In this document: one piece after another, positions 1 to 12,567 of the stretch
How positions within the stretch are numbered: position 1 is the stretch's first letter
How the letters are laid out: each line of letters starts with the position of its first letter
Assembly: GCF_009914755.1 (NCBI RefSeq)
Contig: NC_060947.1
Source: the human T2T-CHM13v2.0 reference genome, Homo sapiens
Direction: 5' to 3' (one strand)
Length of the DNA: 64,000 nt
Notes under the pieces: model-generated
What the model saw: the letters and a program-made list of their open reading frames with translations, nothing else
Database searches by the model: none
Told to the model about the DNA's origin: nothing
Translations under genes and position numbers: made by a program

Positions 1-794
1 CCCTGTTCTGGCTGAGCCCAGGGCTCAGCTGATTGATCCATGGGTGGCCATGGGTGGGCCGGGAAGAGGCACCATGAGCCCCTACTCCAGTCAGCGAGAC
101 TGGCAGCCCAGTCCCCAGCCTTCAGGCCCTCCCTGGTCTGAGGGTGGAGCCTTACTGTGGACGCCACTCCTTTCCACCCAGGACTCTGTTTGCCTCTCAC
201 TGCCATTCATTGCCCTGGGGCTCAGCCCCAACCCCGCTCTGAGATTGGAGCAGGTGCTGAGAGTAGAGAGAGACCAGGCAGACAACCCTGAGCCTGCAGA
301 AATGGGGGTGGGGTGGGGAGAGAGTTCATCCTGGGGCCCCCAAGGGTGCAGGCTGCAGAGAGACCCAGTTCCTGTGAGGAAAGCTGCAGCTGCGCCTGGG
401 AGCTCCCACCCCACCAACTCAGAAGAGGCAGGGCTCCGGCTTGTCCCCGGCTCCTGCCTGGCTCATGGAGCGGGAGGCCCAGGTTTGCAGCCGCAGGTCC
501 AGCCACTGCAACTGCACCCCGGAAGGCAGATCCTGCCTGTTCGTGGCTCCCCCAAGAGCACATGGAGGCTGAGATCCACTGCTGCAGTTTGGAAGGCTGT
601 AGCCCCACCAGGAGGTCAGGGCTCCTGCCCATTCTGTAGAGCAGGAGGCTGGGGTCTACAGCTGCATTGGGCAGCTGCAGCGGGCACCCAGGTAGCTCCG
701 GTCCCAACTCAGAAGGGGGGGGGCTCCCGCCAGCTCCAGGGAGTGTGCAGCCCCAGCTGCGCAGCTGGCGTGATGGCGGCAGCCACTGCCATCA
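1..794 (-). mobile_element. MER52-type ERV1 LTR, cut by the window start
   Basis: GC-rich block. Its reverse complement starts TGATGGCAGTGGCTGCCGCCATCACGCCAGCTGC, matching the recalled MER52 5' end. It accounts for the overlapping spurious ORFs at 44-829. Confidence 0.8.
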
Positions 795-839
795 GTAGTT
801 ATACACGTACTTGTGTGATTTTCCTCTAGTCATACACAG

Positions 840-1525
840 CCTGGGATAGGAGAGGAAAGAGCAGGTTAAAGTTTGGTTGTGAGAGAAAAGATGGAAACAG
901 AATAGGAGAGAGGAGAGTGAAGAGAAGTTATCACTCAGGGGTTCTATGCTGGTTAAGGAAAGTAATTTAAGGTCTCAATGAAATTGAAGAATTGATGTCC
1001 TAGGAGTAAGCAAGTGAGAGAGTTAGAAGGATAGGAAGGTGTGATCAGAGGGTAGGATATTCAAGTTCAAAGTTTCAGAAATGGAGCAGTTCCAATTACC
1101 AGCAAAGTCCGGGATGTGGTTACAGTTGAAGCAGAAAAGAGAAGGTCGTCCCAATTAAACAAAGCCAGAAACTGTAAGACCAGGGGCTTGAATGGGTTAA
1201 TGACCATTGAAAGCCCCCAAAGATGGCAGGAGGCTTGAGAGAGAGAGAGGGAGAAATTAGGATGTGTTCCACAGTCTGTAATGAATATGGAAGAATGACC
1301 AGGAGGTTTTTACATGGCATTGACCACCTACTTGAAGATACAAACCTCAAAAAAAGAGGGCTTTTACATGAGGAGTGATTTTTTTTTTTGAAACAGCAAT
1401 GGAGAACTAGAAAGATACTTGATACTGTCAAGTATCTTTACTTGATACTTACTGTAAGGAGGAGTGGAGTTCTTAGATGAGATCCATTGGTGCACTTGTT
1501 ACTTCATTCATTCAACAAATAATTA
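840..1525 (-). mobile_element. Degenerate L2 LINE fragments
   Basis: Purine-rich L2-like texture, with a TTCATTCATTCAACAAATA L2 tail at ~1503-1521. Confidence 0.45.
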
Positions 1526-1549
1526 TAGATTGGGGACTGTAGAGCCAGG

Positions 1550-1650
1550 TCTACCTGGGGACAGTTCTAGTTTATGCTTGTTTTTCTGACATAATTGTTA
1601 AAAATGCCCCCTGTTATTCTCAAAAGGTTCCAGCTTGGATAATAAATTAT
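1550..1650 (-). mobile_element. MER94-like hAT MITE
   Basis: GGGACAGTTCTAGTTTATGC...GCCCCCTGTTATTCTCAAAAGGTTCCAGCTTGGATAATAAATTAT resembles the reverse complement of recalled MER94. Confidence 0.6.
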
Positions 1651-2214
1651 AGAGCATTTATGGCCTGGTTGAGAAAAAAGTCTCTGTGGCTCCTTATTCT
1701 GTTTTCCATCATATTTGATATCCTGTCATTTGCATGTTTGGGTATGGGCATTCATCCTGTTGGGAATCCATCAAATTCTACTTTCATCCAGCCTCATTTC
1801 TCCAGTTGTTGAGAAAGACAGCAGAAAAGACCTGCCTGGCACTCAGATATGCTCTGCTTATAGGTTTTCCCTAAGTTGGTAAGCCCATAAATAGAGAAAA
1901 TGAAGTTAGCCTGTCACGGTTAACACTTGGTGAGCTCTGCTTTGTTTTATTTCTTTGCAAAAATAATCTGTTTTTAAACCAGTCCATTAACAATACATTT
2001 GGAAATATGGACCTGGATTAACAGCAAACACTATGGTCAATAGTTTTCAGAATCATTCTTTTTCCATTTTCTTGAAAGTCAAAATTGCAATGCTCCTCCA
2101 CAAAAAACTTTTAGCTTCCCCCTGCTTCTGACCTTGTGATATACTTAATGCTTGCAAACCCACAATTTAGCACTTAATTGATCTTGAATAACTTCCATAT
2201 TTTTCTTTCTTGTC

Positions 2215-2582
2215 TTTGAAACTTTGCACATGTTATTCACTTTGCTAGGAATATCCTTCCTTCCCCTTCATCACTCTCTTTTTTGCCTACTTGTCCTTCA
2301 GTCCCTAGGTTGACCATCATCTCCTTTCAGGAGCCTTTTCAGCCCACTGAAGGCATAAAAGTGTCCCCTTCTCTATGTTCCTATAGTAGTATTCTATGGA
2401 TCAGTCCATGATCACCCTTATCCCTTATGTCTGTAATTGTGTGTTTACTTGTCTGTGTCTCTCACCAGACTGTGAATGCGACAAAACCAGGGACTGTGTC
2501 TTGGTTACAGTTGTATCCCCAGTATCTTGTACAATGCCAGACACAGAGCAGGTACCCTGTAAATATATATGTTGAATGAATG
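2215..2582 (+). mobile_element. L2 3' end
   Basis: CACCAGACTGTGA...AGGGACTGTGTCTTG...GTATCCCCAG...GTTGAATGAATG terminus. Confidence 0.75.
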
Positions 2583-3741
2583 TGTGATCCAAATTTGTAA
2601 CCCAAGTGGTTTAAGACATTGTTTTGCAACCATGAACATACAAAGGGGATCACTTGTGCTGGAGCTATTTTTCCCCACTGACACAGAGATATCCTTTGAG
2701 GGAGCAAATTATCATGCCTTATTTATATTTCTCATAGCCTCACATAGTATGGAATACATAGAAGTATCTCAAAAAGTACTTTTTGATTTATAAATAATGC
2801 TAGAGCATTATTTTGACTGCATGTGATTTGATACTGTTTCCATTTAATTCAGATAAAGAGTTGAAGAGCCCATTTTTATCTTGCTCTGATGGCCCAGCCT
2901 TTCTTACAGGCATTTCTCCCTTTTGTTTATCACTCATTTCAGGATCTCTCCACTTCCGGATTCCTGGATATGGGGATGGGAGATTGCATTTGGCTTGGGT
3001 GTCTCTTTGTCCCAATTCTCCTCAGTCCTGGACCCACACAGATGGCACCAGCAAACAATTGTTTGGGGATGAGCGTGTGGTCATGGCCTAAAAGCCCAGG
3101 TCCCATAGTAATTTACTGGACAAATGTCTCTTCTTTCTGAGCCATGGTGTCTTTATCTGTCAAGGAGATAGTTCAATTAGGTGATTCTTTAGTTCTGAAA
3201 TTTATCTGATTCTCTCCTTTGTAGGCTTATTTCTAACACCATACAATATGCTGCTGTCCCTGGAGCCTCCAACTTATATCAAATTCTGTCAAGGCTCAGA
3301 TTGGAATCATAGCAAATAGATCCCTGGGAAGCATCCCAATGTATGAATTATTAATGTTCCCACCACACAGTCTCCATGCGAATATTTACTTATATCACTG
3401 GGTATCTAATCCTGACAACAAATCATCATTTGAATCGTTTACTGATGTTTTCTCTTCCCCTCAGTGATTCTGCACGTGTCTTCCTTTCACCTTGAGAACT
3501 GTGCAATTCTTTCTTCCCCTGTGAGACTCTGACACTGAACAACAAAAAGAATGTCAACATCTGAATCCTACCTTCAATGTTTTTCCCTATTCTCTTAGAA
3601 ATTGTTGCATTTCCCCCCTTTATTCTCAATCCCTCTCCATCCCAGACCCCTTCAAGTCATTCTAACATCCAGGATTGTGTCTTTTGCCCTCCCTACTCCA
3701 TAGCTCTAGCAGCTATAGTCACAGAGCTGCTCAATGAGGTT

Positions 3742-4555
3742 CTTTTTTATTTGTATTTTAAAATAATTTTTATTGTGTATATTTGAGGTTTACAACATGA
3801 TGTTATGGGATATATATAGATAGTAAAATGGTTACCATATTGAAGCCAACTAACAGATCTACCATCATATATAGTTACTTTTTGTGACTAGGGCAGCTAA
3901 AATCTAGTTGTTTAACAAAAGTTCCTAATAGAATACAATTTTATTAACTTTAGTCTTCATGTTATAGGTTAGATCTCTAGACTTGTTCATCCTTCATATC
4001 TGCTACTTTGTAACCTCTTACCTACATCTCTCCATTTCCTTTTCCCCCCAACACTTGCCCATAGTAACCACTATTTCATTCTCTACCTCTGTGTATTTGA
4101 GCTCTTTTAAAAAGATTCTGCATATAAGTGAGATCATGCAATATTTCTCTTTCCGTGTCTACTTTACTTCACTTAGCATAATGTTATCCAGGTCCATCCC
4201 TGTTGTGGCAAATGGAAGGATCTCCTTTTTTGTGTCTGAATAGTATTCCATTGTGTACATATAACACATTTTGTTTATTCATTCATCCACTGATGGACAT
4301 GTAGGTTGTTTCCATATCTTGGCTATTGTGAATAATGCTGCAATGAATATGGGAGTACAGACATCTCTTTGAGCTACTGATTTCAATTCTTTTGAATGAA
4401 CACCCAGAAGTGGGAATGCTGGATCATATGGGATTTCTATTTTTAATTTTTTGAGGAACCTCCATACTGTTTTTCCATAATGGCTATACCAATCCACATT
4501 CCCACCAAGAGTGCATGAGGGTTTCCTCTTATTCACATCCCTGCTGATATTTATT
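3742..4555 (-). mobile_element. L1MA-type 3' end
   Basis: T-rich tail, then L1 3'UTR. ORF 4279-4536(-) gives the L1 ORF2 C-terminal motif KTVWRFLKKLKIEIPYDPAFPLLG. Confidence 0.85.
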
Positions 4556-6451
4556 ATTTCAATGAAGATCTTAATATGCTCACAGTCCTAGTTATTTCCC
4601 AGAGGGGAAAAAAAACCTTTCCAGATATCTCAGTTCTGTGATATGGGGCTTGATCAGTTGCTGCTGCATCCTTCATTTTCTCTCTGGCCTTGGCTATCCA
4701 GTATTCCACTCCCTTTACCTCTCCATATGTACCTCTTATCTCCCTTCCTTACCCCTTCCTTCTCCCTTTTTCATTTCCCACAACAGTTGCTGCAGGCTTG
4801 GTTTCAGCCAGCACTTTTCTCTGCCTACAGGTTGAAGAAGCCCTTTATTCCCTCAGAAATCCTCTGAGCTAACTGTCCTTTACCACTTCCATTGGGAGTA
4901 GGTGCAACCACATTGATTTAATTAAAGATACAATAAAGTCAAACTGCAGAAAACACTTAGAATGATACTTCTCTGCCTTGATACAAACCACTGTCTGTAT
5001 TGACTTGCAAACTGGAAAATTTTGGAGGGATCATGTGTATGCTTCATTTCTTAATCATGATAGGATTAAGGGTTGCCCATTTCAATTGATGTATGCCTTT
5101 CTGTAAGCAGGAGTATCCTAGCCACCTCAGTGGGGGCTGTGGCATGATAAGCTCAATTCCAACTATGTGGAGGGACCTGAGTTGAGTTGAATGTCATTGA
5201 GTGGTATGTCAGTGAGGTACTGGCATGTCAGACAGAAGTGCCTTTAGGAAATACAGTCTGGACCAGAGCCATGATAAAGGCTCCTGTCTGCTCTATTTGT
5301 CTGTCCATGAAAACCAACCAACAAGTGTTACTGAAACACATTCACTCAAATGACATTACAAATGTTGACGACAGATAGCCAGCTACTTTGTCAAAAAAAA
5401 CAAGGCAACAGAAATGAAAGGTAAGTTGAGTAGTAAAGGGGTAGGATAAGAGGAGATCTTGATTTTGACAACTAATACTAGGACAAATCAAAGGTCTGTT
5501 GCTGGAAGGATAGATAATTCTCATGGGGCCTCCAGAATATTCTTTCATTCCTTAAGTTGGGTCCCTGCGGCCCAGAAATAGAAAGTTCCATGCCTCTCCT
5601 CCCCTAGACTGTGCTTTACTTCTTAACAAAGAGAAAGCAGGGATCTAAACAAGTTCAGACTTCTCTACCCAGAAGTCCTTGCTGATGGTGGTTAGCCTAG
5701 TCAGACTCCCGGTTTCCCAGTCTGAGACTATTCCTCTCTGAGGCTCAACATCCCTATTCTAACCCTTTTCTGTCCCCACCACATTGAGAGCATCCTTAAA
5801 CCACACCCACCCAGGAAAGCTGGAGATGGCTACCAGTTTGCCAATTCTTTCCATTCTGGCAATGGAGATAGGAGAGGCCTCCTTTTGTGTGATTATCCCT
5901 GTGTGCTGCTGCAGCTTAACTGTGGTTCCTGAAAATCATAATTATATCCTGAGATTATTAATAATAGTGTTAAAGACAGATACCTAACCATGATCCTTAA
6001 AGGGGACACCCTTATCACTAGTTAACTCTCTCTGGCTTCCCTCTTTGGCATGATACTCATCCCAGGTAGTAAATAGGGCAAATTGAAGAGAAATTTAAGG
6101 CTCTAGCACAGATAATTGTGCATTTCTCTAGGATAGGATTGGGAGTTAGTAATGGGATATCTCCAAAAAGATTGACAGTGCTCTTGTTATACTCAGAGAC
6201 AGGGATGAGGAAATAGTTTGTGGCTTCTATACCCCTACGCTGCCACACATCTACCTCTCTCACCTTGAAATAAATCAGGGAAAGAAAAGAGGCAGTAAGA
6301 AATGCTGATTTCTTCTGCTGACCCCAGATCTCATTTCCTACTCTCTATCCCACCAACCCCAGGCAGTCACCATTGCAGGAACAGTTTGTGTTAATGGCCA
6401 GGTAGAAGTAGGAAGGCAGTCTCCTAGCTAACTGGGCCTAACATACCGGAT

Positions 6452-6880
6452 GCAGCCTAGTGTAAATGATTTAAGAGACAGATGACTCGTGTCTGAATTC
6501 TGGCTCCATCATTTTCTTTGTGGTGTGATTTAGGGCAAATTACTCAATTTTCTTGTGTCTCAGTTTCATTATCTGTAAAATAATATAATTGTAGACTCTA
6601 CCTCATTGGAGGTGTTAAGAAGATTAAACAACTTAATAAATGTAATACCCAAAGAAACATGCTTGACACATAATAATCTCTATGTAAGGGTTTGCTACTT
6701 GTATTCATGGAAAGAGCACTGAAACTAAAGTCGAAATTATCTTCACCATTTGTAAGTCACTTCACCTTCCTGTCTTTAATATTATTACCATAAGATGGAA
6801 GGAAATACTCACATGATTCCTTTGGGAATTAAATGAAATAACACACAGAAAACATCTAGCACTTAGCAAGCATGCAATGT
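6452..6880 (+). mobile_element. MIR SINEs (two adjacent copies)
   Basis: MIR core GGGCAAATTACTCAATTTTCTTGTGTCTCAGTTTCATTATCTGTAAAAT, followed by a second, more decayed copy. Confidence 0.7.
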
Positions 6881-7722
6881 CTGGGGATAAAGAATAAATA
6901 AACTCTTTTTTAATTCCCCCATCTATTACTACTTACTAAGTATCTATACTTTCAGCTCTGGCAAATCCCATGCCCTTAGGCCTAAAGATCCTTTCTCTAA
7001 CATGCTTTCACTAAGAATTCTAAAATCAAGTGATCCCTGCCAACTGTATTCTATTTCCATTATTTATTTAGGTAATGGTATTATTACTGCCATTTGTTAT
7101 GCATCCACTTATTGAAATGGTTCTGCAGTGGCTGCTAAATGGGACTATGACACCTTCTCTGAGAAACCTTCCTCAACACACCCCCTACCCACCACACCTT
7201 ACCCATTCAATTCTTTTCTATATGCTCCCACAACTTGCTATGCATACTTTTACCACTATTATAGTTTGTTGAGTGAATGAATGATGAAAGAAAGACAGAA
7301 AGACAAAAAGAAGCTTATCTCAGATTCCAGAATATGCACACATCACCCTGCCACTGATGACTAATGAAATTGATGATCAAGCCACACTACTTTGCCTAAT
7401 TTCATCCATAAACATGATTCATGTTTGTTTCTGTTTGATTTCCAAGGTGAAATTGTGAATTAAGTTGGAAGCTGATTCTTATTAAATAGATATTTATGAT
7501 ACCTATTCCTTGCCAAACACTATGCTACTAGGTACACTGGAACTATAGAGATAAATAAGACACAGTTGTTCCCCTCAATTAGCTCAGAATCAAACTGGGG
7601 AGCTGAGAGAAATTCGTGAAGAGAAGCCTGACGCCAGTCAGTGGAGTGGAGTGGGAAAGAGTATGGTCCTGGGGATCACATGGCCTGGATTAGAACCTTG
7701 TGTCCTTCTTTCATTTACTAGC

Positions 7723-8140
7723 TCATATGGTTTGGATCTGTGTCCCCACCCAAATCTCATGTCGAAATGTAATCCCCAATGCTGGAAGTGGGGCCTGGCG
7801 GGAGGTGATTTGATAATGGGTGCAGTTTCTAATGGTTTAGCACCGTCCTCCTAGAGCTCTTCTCATGACAGAGGTCTCATGAGATCTGGTTGTTTGAAAG
7901 TGTGTAGCACCTCCTCCCTCTTCCTCTCTTCCTCCTGCTCTGGCCATGTGAAGTGCTCACTCCACCTTCCCCTTCTACCATGATTGTAAGTTTCCTGAGG
8001 CCTCCTCAAAAGCCGAGCAGATGGCCAGCATCATGCTTCCTGTACAGCCTGTGGAACTGTGAGCCAATTAAATCTCCTTTTTGTATAAATTACCCAGGCT
8101 CAGATATTTCTTTATAGCAGTGGAAGAATGGACTAATATG
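7723..8140 (+). mobile_element. MSTA/MSTB MaLR solo LTR nested in a MIR
   Basis: Starts TCATATGGTTTGGATCTGTGTCCCCACCCAAATCTCATG and ends GGACTAATATG. Flanking 5-mers are CTAGC/CTATC. MIR sequence lies on both sides (~7640-7722 and 8141-8245). Confidence 0.88.
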
Positions 8141-8264
8141 CTATCCATGAATAAGTCACTTAGCCTTGCTGAGCCTCAGTTTCCTTATCTACAAAATGAG
8201 GCTGATAATAAAAGTACTTGGAACTGGTCTTGTTGGGAAGATTAAAGTTCCATCCAGTCTTTCT

Positions 8265-8820
8265 ATTATAGAAGGCACTGTTTTAAGGATATTATGTGAA
8301 TGAATCTTTTCAATCCTCATAATGACCTTATCATGAAGGTGCTATTATGTTTTTTATAAGTGAAGGAACAGAGAGGGTAAGTAACTTAATGAACGTCACA
8401 CAGATAGTAAATGATAGGCATGATTTGGGCCCAAGCAGGTTTTTTTAAAATTTGGAAACTAAGGGGAAAGGAAGCAACATGGCAATATATTGAAATAGAG
8501 AAGCTTAAAAACCATGGATGTTTACTCTTAAGTTTATGAATACTTTGTTTTGTCTGATATAACTGACTACCCTGCCCCTTAGCTAAATGAATAATAATTA
8601 TGGTTTATTGAACATCAAGGTTCTGTGAGTTGGATACTGTTTTAACTCATTTATAAATATTTTTTAAATCACAGAAACCCTAGGAAGTATGTACTATTAT
8701 CCCCATTTTACTGAGGAGGAAATTGAGAAACAGAGAGTGAATTCATTTTTTAAGGCTCATGTGGTAAAACTGAAATTTGAATAGAGTAGCCTGGTTCCAG
8801 ATACTGTTAACTTAGCCATA
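8265..8820 (-). mobile_element. MIR SINEs (two copies)
   Basis: CCCCATTTTACTGAGGAGGAAATTGAG and GGTAAGTAACTT...GTCACACAG reverse MIR cores. Confidence 0.65.
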
Positions 8821-10282
8821 ACACAAGGTAGTTAATGACAGAGGGGCTGGGCTTTGGGGATACCTTACCTTTAAAAAAACAAAAGAATATACAATAAAAT
8901 TAACCTGAATGATGGCAAAGCTGGTTTCTTATTTTATATGATTGTTCTGGTTTTGTAGTTCATTTTCCTTCCCTGACTACATGTCTGACATTTCCTTGTC
9001 CACATACCTGGGAGCATTTTAGTATGTGCCTCACATGTCTGAACAGACTTATAAGAGACTAGCATGTGGGAGCGGGTCATCTTTAAAGGAGATTGGAAGG
9101 TGCAAAAAAATCAATTCACAATACCAAAGCAGGCCCCTGCCTGACACCTCTTCCATACCCACACGTTGGAGCCATTGTAAATGAGCCTGGTAAGTTGAAG
9201 GCTTTGAAGGGTGTATATTGTGGTGTTTGGTTCTTTCCCTATGTAACAGCCTGTCAGTTCTATAAGGGCAGTCTGGCAATGCTCAGTTGATGTCTTATCT
9301 TTACAAGAATAAAGGAAAATACATCCACTGCCTTGTTGCCACCTACTCCTTTTGTTGGAATAATTTGGAATAATACCTGGGGTACTTTAAGGTTCATTTT
9401 CACCCAAGAACCTCAAAGTCTGGCTAACTGCATTCTATAGTCATTATTCTATTTTGTTTAAGAAGCTTGAAAGGGAATACAGTCCATGGAAGAGTGAACA
9501 AACAAACAAAACTTTAGGTTTGTTAGCTAGTCACCTCAGAAAAGCTGAAAAATTACTTTTAGTCCACTTTGTGTTTGGTCTGTGAGGTTTGAACCACACT
9601 CAGGGCCCTGCGACACTGATTAGATGAATTCTAGAGGCCCTTCTCTCCATGATGTGAATTATAAACCTTGCCATAAAGTTGTGAATTGGTTCCATCGTTT
9701 GTTTCCAGCATATAATTTTGGTTGTAAAGTCCACTACCATTAAGATTCATAGGGCAGAAGCCATCGTTCTTTAACTATATTAAGAAGTACATCTCTGTTC
9801 TATTTCTTTAATATTCTGATTTGCCCATCTGTGGGAAAAACAATATTCTTATTCATGTAGGAACACTCAGGGATTATTTCTGAAGCAATCATTGCAGCTC
9901 CATTCCCCTCTCCCCATGACTTGCAGTATTTCTGGGAGAAGAAAAGAAAAAGGACAGGGAAGCACTGGTCTTGAAAAGTAAATACGTAACTTCAGAAGCA
10001 TTTACCTAAATGAGGCTCAGTCCATGCATTTTGGAAACCACTGAATCTCTTCTGGAGACAAGAGAAAAACATACTCCCTTACCTCGAGGAGTTTATAGTA
10101 GTTGAGAAGATCAAACTAATCCATATGAGAACAACTTTAAAGTCAATGTTAGGTAATTCTGGGAGGAAGATAATATAAGCTGAGACATCCTTCACACCCA
10201 AACTTGAGAGACTCTCTGAGAAACCTCAAGATGTGTTCACCATTAATATAATCTAAGTTCTAAAGAAACGTCAATACCTATA

Positions 10283-10418
10283 TAAGGTGATGGATATGTT
10301 AATTAGCTGGATTGTGGCAATCATTTCACAATATATATGTATGTCAAAACATATTGTACACCTTCAATATATACGATTTTTATTTGTCAATTATATCCCA
10401 TAAAGCCAGAAAAAAAGA
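10283..10418 (+). mobile_element. Short L1MA/L1MB 3' terminus
   Basis: GGTGATGGATATGTTAATTAGCTGGATTGTGG...TTTTATTTGTCAATTATA followed by an A-run. Confidence 0.8.
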
Positions 10419-11023
10419 ACCTCCAATAACTTGTAAATCTCCCAACATTTACTCCTCATACAAATTGCTTCAGATATCTACCCACAAATTTTCCAATGAT
10501 CTTCATTTTTCAATAGTCTTTCTTATTATCCTAGAACATACAAATATTTGTTGAGTAGCAATCATTTTCCAGGCGCTGTTCTAGGCCTTGAGGACAGAGC
10601 AGTGAACAAAACAGATCATCATCCTTGTCCTTATGAAGCTCATATTCCATTGGGGCTGTGTTAATAATCCTTACCATCACTACCACATAGCAGCACTTTG
10701 TGCAAGTGTGCATGCCACAAACATCTGCTCAAAGAAAAGACATTAGAGCAGAAACTTGAATGATGTGAAGGGGTAAGCTGGTGGGAGAGTTTTCTAGGCA
10801 GAATGAAGAGCAAGTGCCAAAGCCCCTGCACAGGAGTGTTCAAAGAGCAGGTTAGTGGAGCAGCACGGAGGCTAGCATGGCTAGAAGCACAAAGGAGCAA
10901 GGAGATTGGATTCATATTTCTATTGAGCACCTGTTCATTGTGCTAAGCATCAGGAATATGATAGAAAGCAAAACAAATCCAGTCCTTGCTCCCCTGGAGC
11001 TTATAGTCTAATAAGAGAGACAG

Positions 11024-11429
11024 TGTATTAGTCTGTTCTCACACTGCTATAAAGAAATACCTGAGACTGGGTAATTTATAAATAAAAGAGATTTAATTGC
11101 CTCATGGCTCTGCAGGCTGTACAGGAAGCATGATGCTGGCACCTGCTTGGCTTCTCAGGAAACTTACAATCATGGCAGAAGGTGAAAGGGAAGCAGGCAA
11201 GTCTTATATGGCTGGAGCAGGAGGAAGAGAGAGGTAGGGAGGTGCTACCTCAACCAGATCTCTTGAGAACTCACTCACTATACAGTACCAAGGGAGGATG
11301 GTGCTAAGCCATTGATGAGAACTCCGCCCCTATGATCCAATCACCTCCCGTCAGGTCCCACCTCCAACACTGAAGATTACAATTTAACATGAGATTTGAT
11401 GGGGGGCAACACAAATCCAAACCATATCA
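11024..11429 (-). mobile_element. MSTA-type MaLR solo LTR
   Basis: TGTATTAGTCTGTTCTCACACTGCTATAAAGAAATACCTGAGAC...CCAAACCATATCA. Flanking 5-mers are GACAG/GAGAG. Confidence 0.88.
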
Positions 11430-11822
11430 GAGAGATATCAACTAATCAAACAGGCAGATCTAAAAGTCCAACTTTGAAAAGTGCTGGAAAGGAAAACTTC
11501 CACGTGCTGTGAGAGAATAATATGAGGGCCTAATTTAGACTGGCAGATCAAGGAAGGTTTCTCAGGAGGAATTGCTAGGTAGTAGAAATCTGAACAATGA
11601 AAAGGAGTTAAGTAGGTGAAGCCTGAAGAATAAAAAAAACATTCCAGGCTGAGGGAGCAGGGTATTCCAAGTTCTTTTGGCTGTAGGAAACACGGGAAGG
11701 AGGAAGGACTGAAAGAAGGCTAGCATGGCTGAGTGTAGAGAGTAGATGGTATATGCTTTGAGGTGTGATTGGAGATACAGTAGGAGACAAACTATGAAAG
11801 GCCATGTTAAGAGGTTTGGTTT

Positions 11823-12070
11823 AAACACTGCATGTTCTCACTCATAGGTGGGAATTGAACAATGAGAACACTTGGACACAGGAGGGGGAACATCACACAC
11901 CCAGACCTGTTGTGGGGTAGGGGGAGGGGAGAGGGATAGCATTAGGAGATATACCTAATGTAAATGACAAGTTAATGGGTGCAGCACACCAACATGGCAC
12001 ATGTATACATATGTAACAAAACTGCACGTTGTGCACATGTACCATAAAACTTACAGTATAATTTAAAAAA
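11823..12070 (+). mobile_element. 5'-truncated young L1PA (3'UTR only) with 14-bp TSD
   Basis: Canonical L1PA 3'UTR. AAGAGGTTTGGTTT occurs at 11809-11822 and 12069-12082. Confidence 0.93.
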
Positions 12071-12521
12071 GAGGTTTGGTTTTCTAAAAGCAATGGGAAG
12101 CCACTGAGGAGTTTAAATAGTGCATGTAACACAATCGGATTGACTTTCTGTAAAGGTCACTCTGACTGTGGAGTGGAGTGGATTGATAGAAAGTGGCAAA
12201 TATACATGTGGAAGGATCTTGTGGTAGCCCAGGTGAGAGATGTTTGTGAACTGGACTATGGAGGTAGGAGTACAGGCTAGCGTGGCTGGAGAGAAGTGGA
12301 TATGTTTGTGGTGTAGAACTCACAAGATTTACTGATGGGTTGTATGTGGAAATGAAGGGGAAGAAGGTGTCAAGGAAAATTAACCAGTTTTTTTTTTTTT
12401 TTACCTGGTATAGATGGGTAGATGGTGGTATCATTCACTGAGATTAGGTACAATGAAAGGGTAGACCATAATTTGAAGTGGAAGGCAATGCGTTCCATAC
12501 ACACATATGCAAATATATATA

Positions 12522-12525
<4 letters not shown>

Positions 12526-12564
<39 letters not shown>
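12526..12564. repeat. (TG)n microsatellite, ~19 units
   Basis: Read directly from the sequence. Confidence 0.95.

Positions 12565-12567
<3 letters not shown>

Larger units (their letters stand above)
10535..12490 (-). mobile_element. L2 fragments interrupted by an MST LTR and an L1PA
   Basis: CAAATATTTGTTGAG, TATTGAGCACCTG and GCAATGGGAAGCCACTGAGGAGTTT reverse L2 motifs. Confidence 0.7.

Noticed and set aside
44-829. 261-aa ORF and overlapping ORFs
   Set aside because: They lie almost entirely inside a GC-rich MER52-type LTR, are open on both strands, and show no recognisable domain.
5418-5426. Perfect plus-strand donor AAG|GTAAGT
   Set aside because: No open frame runs into it and no convincing partner exon is visible. 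One such match is plausible by chance in 64 kb.
7050-7077. Plus-strand pyrimidine tract + AG|GTAA motifs (also ~14950-14978 and ~55468-55488)
   Set aside because: The donors are mostly weak, the context is AT-rich, and there is no independent support.
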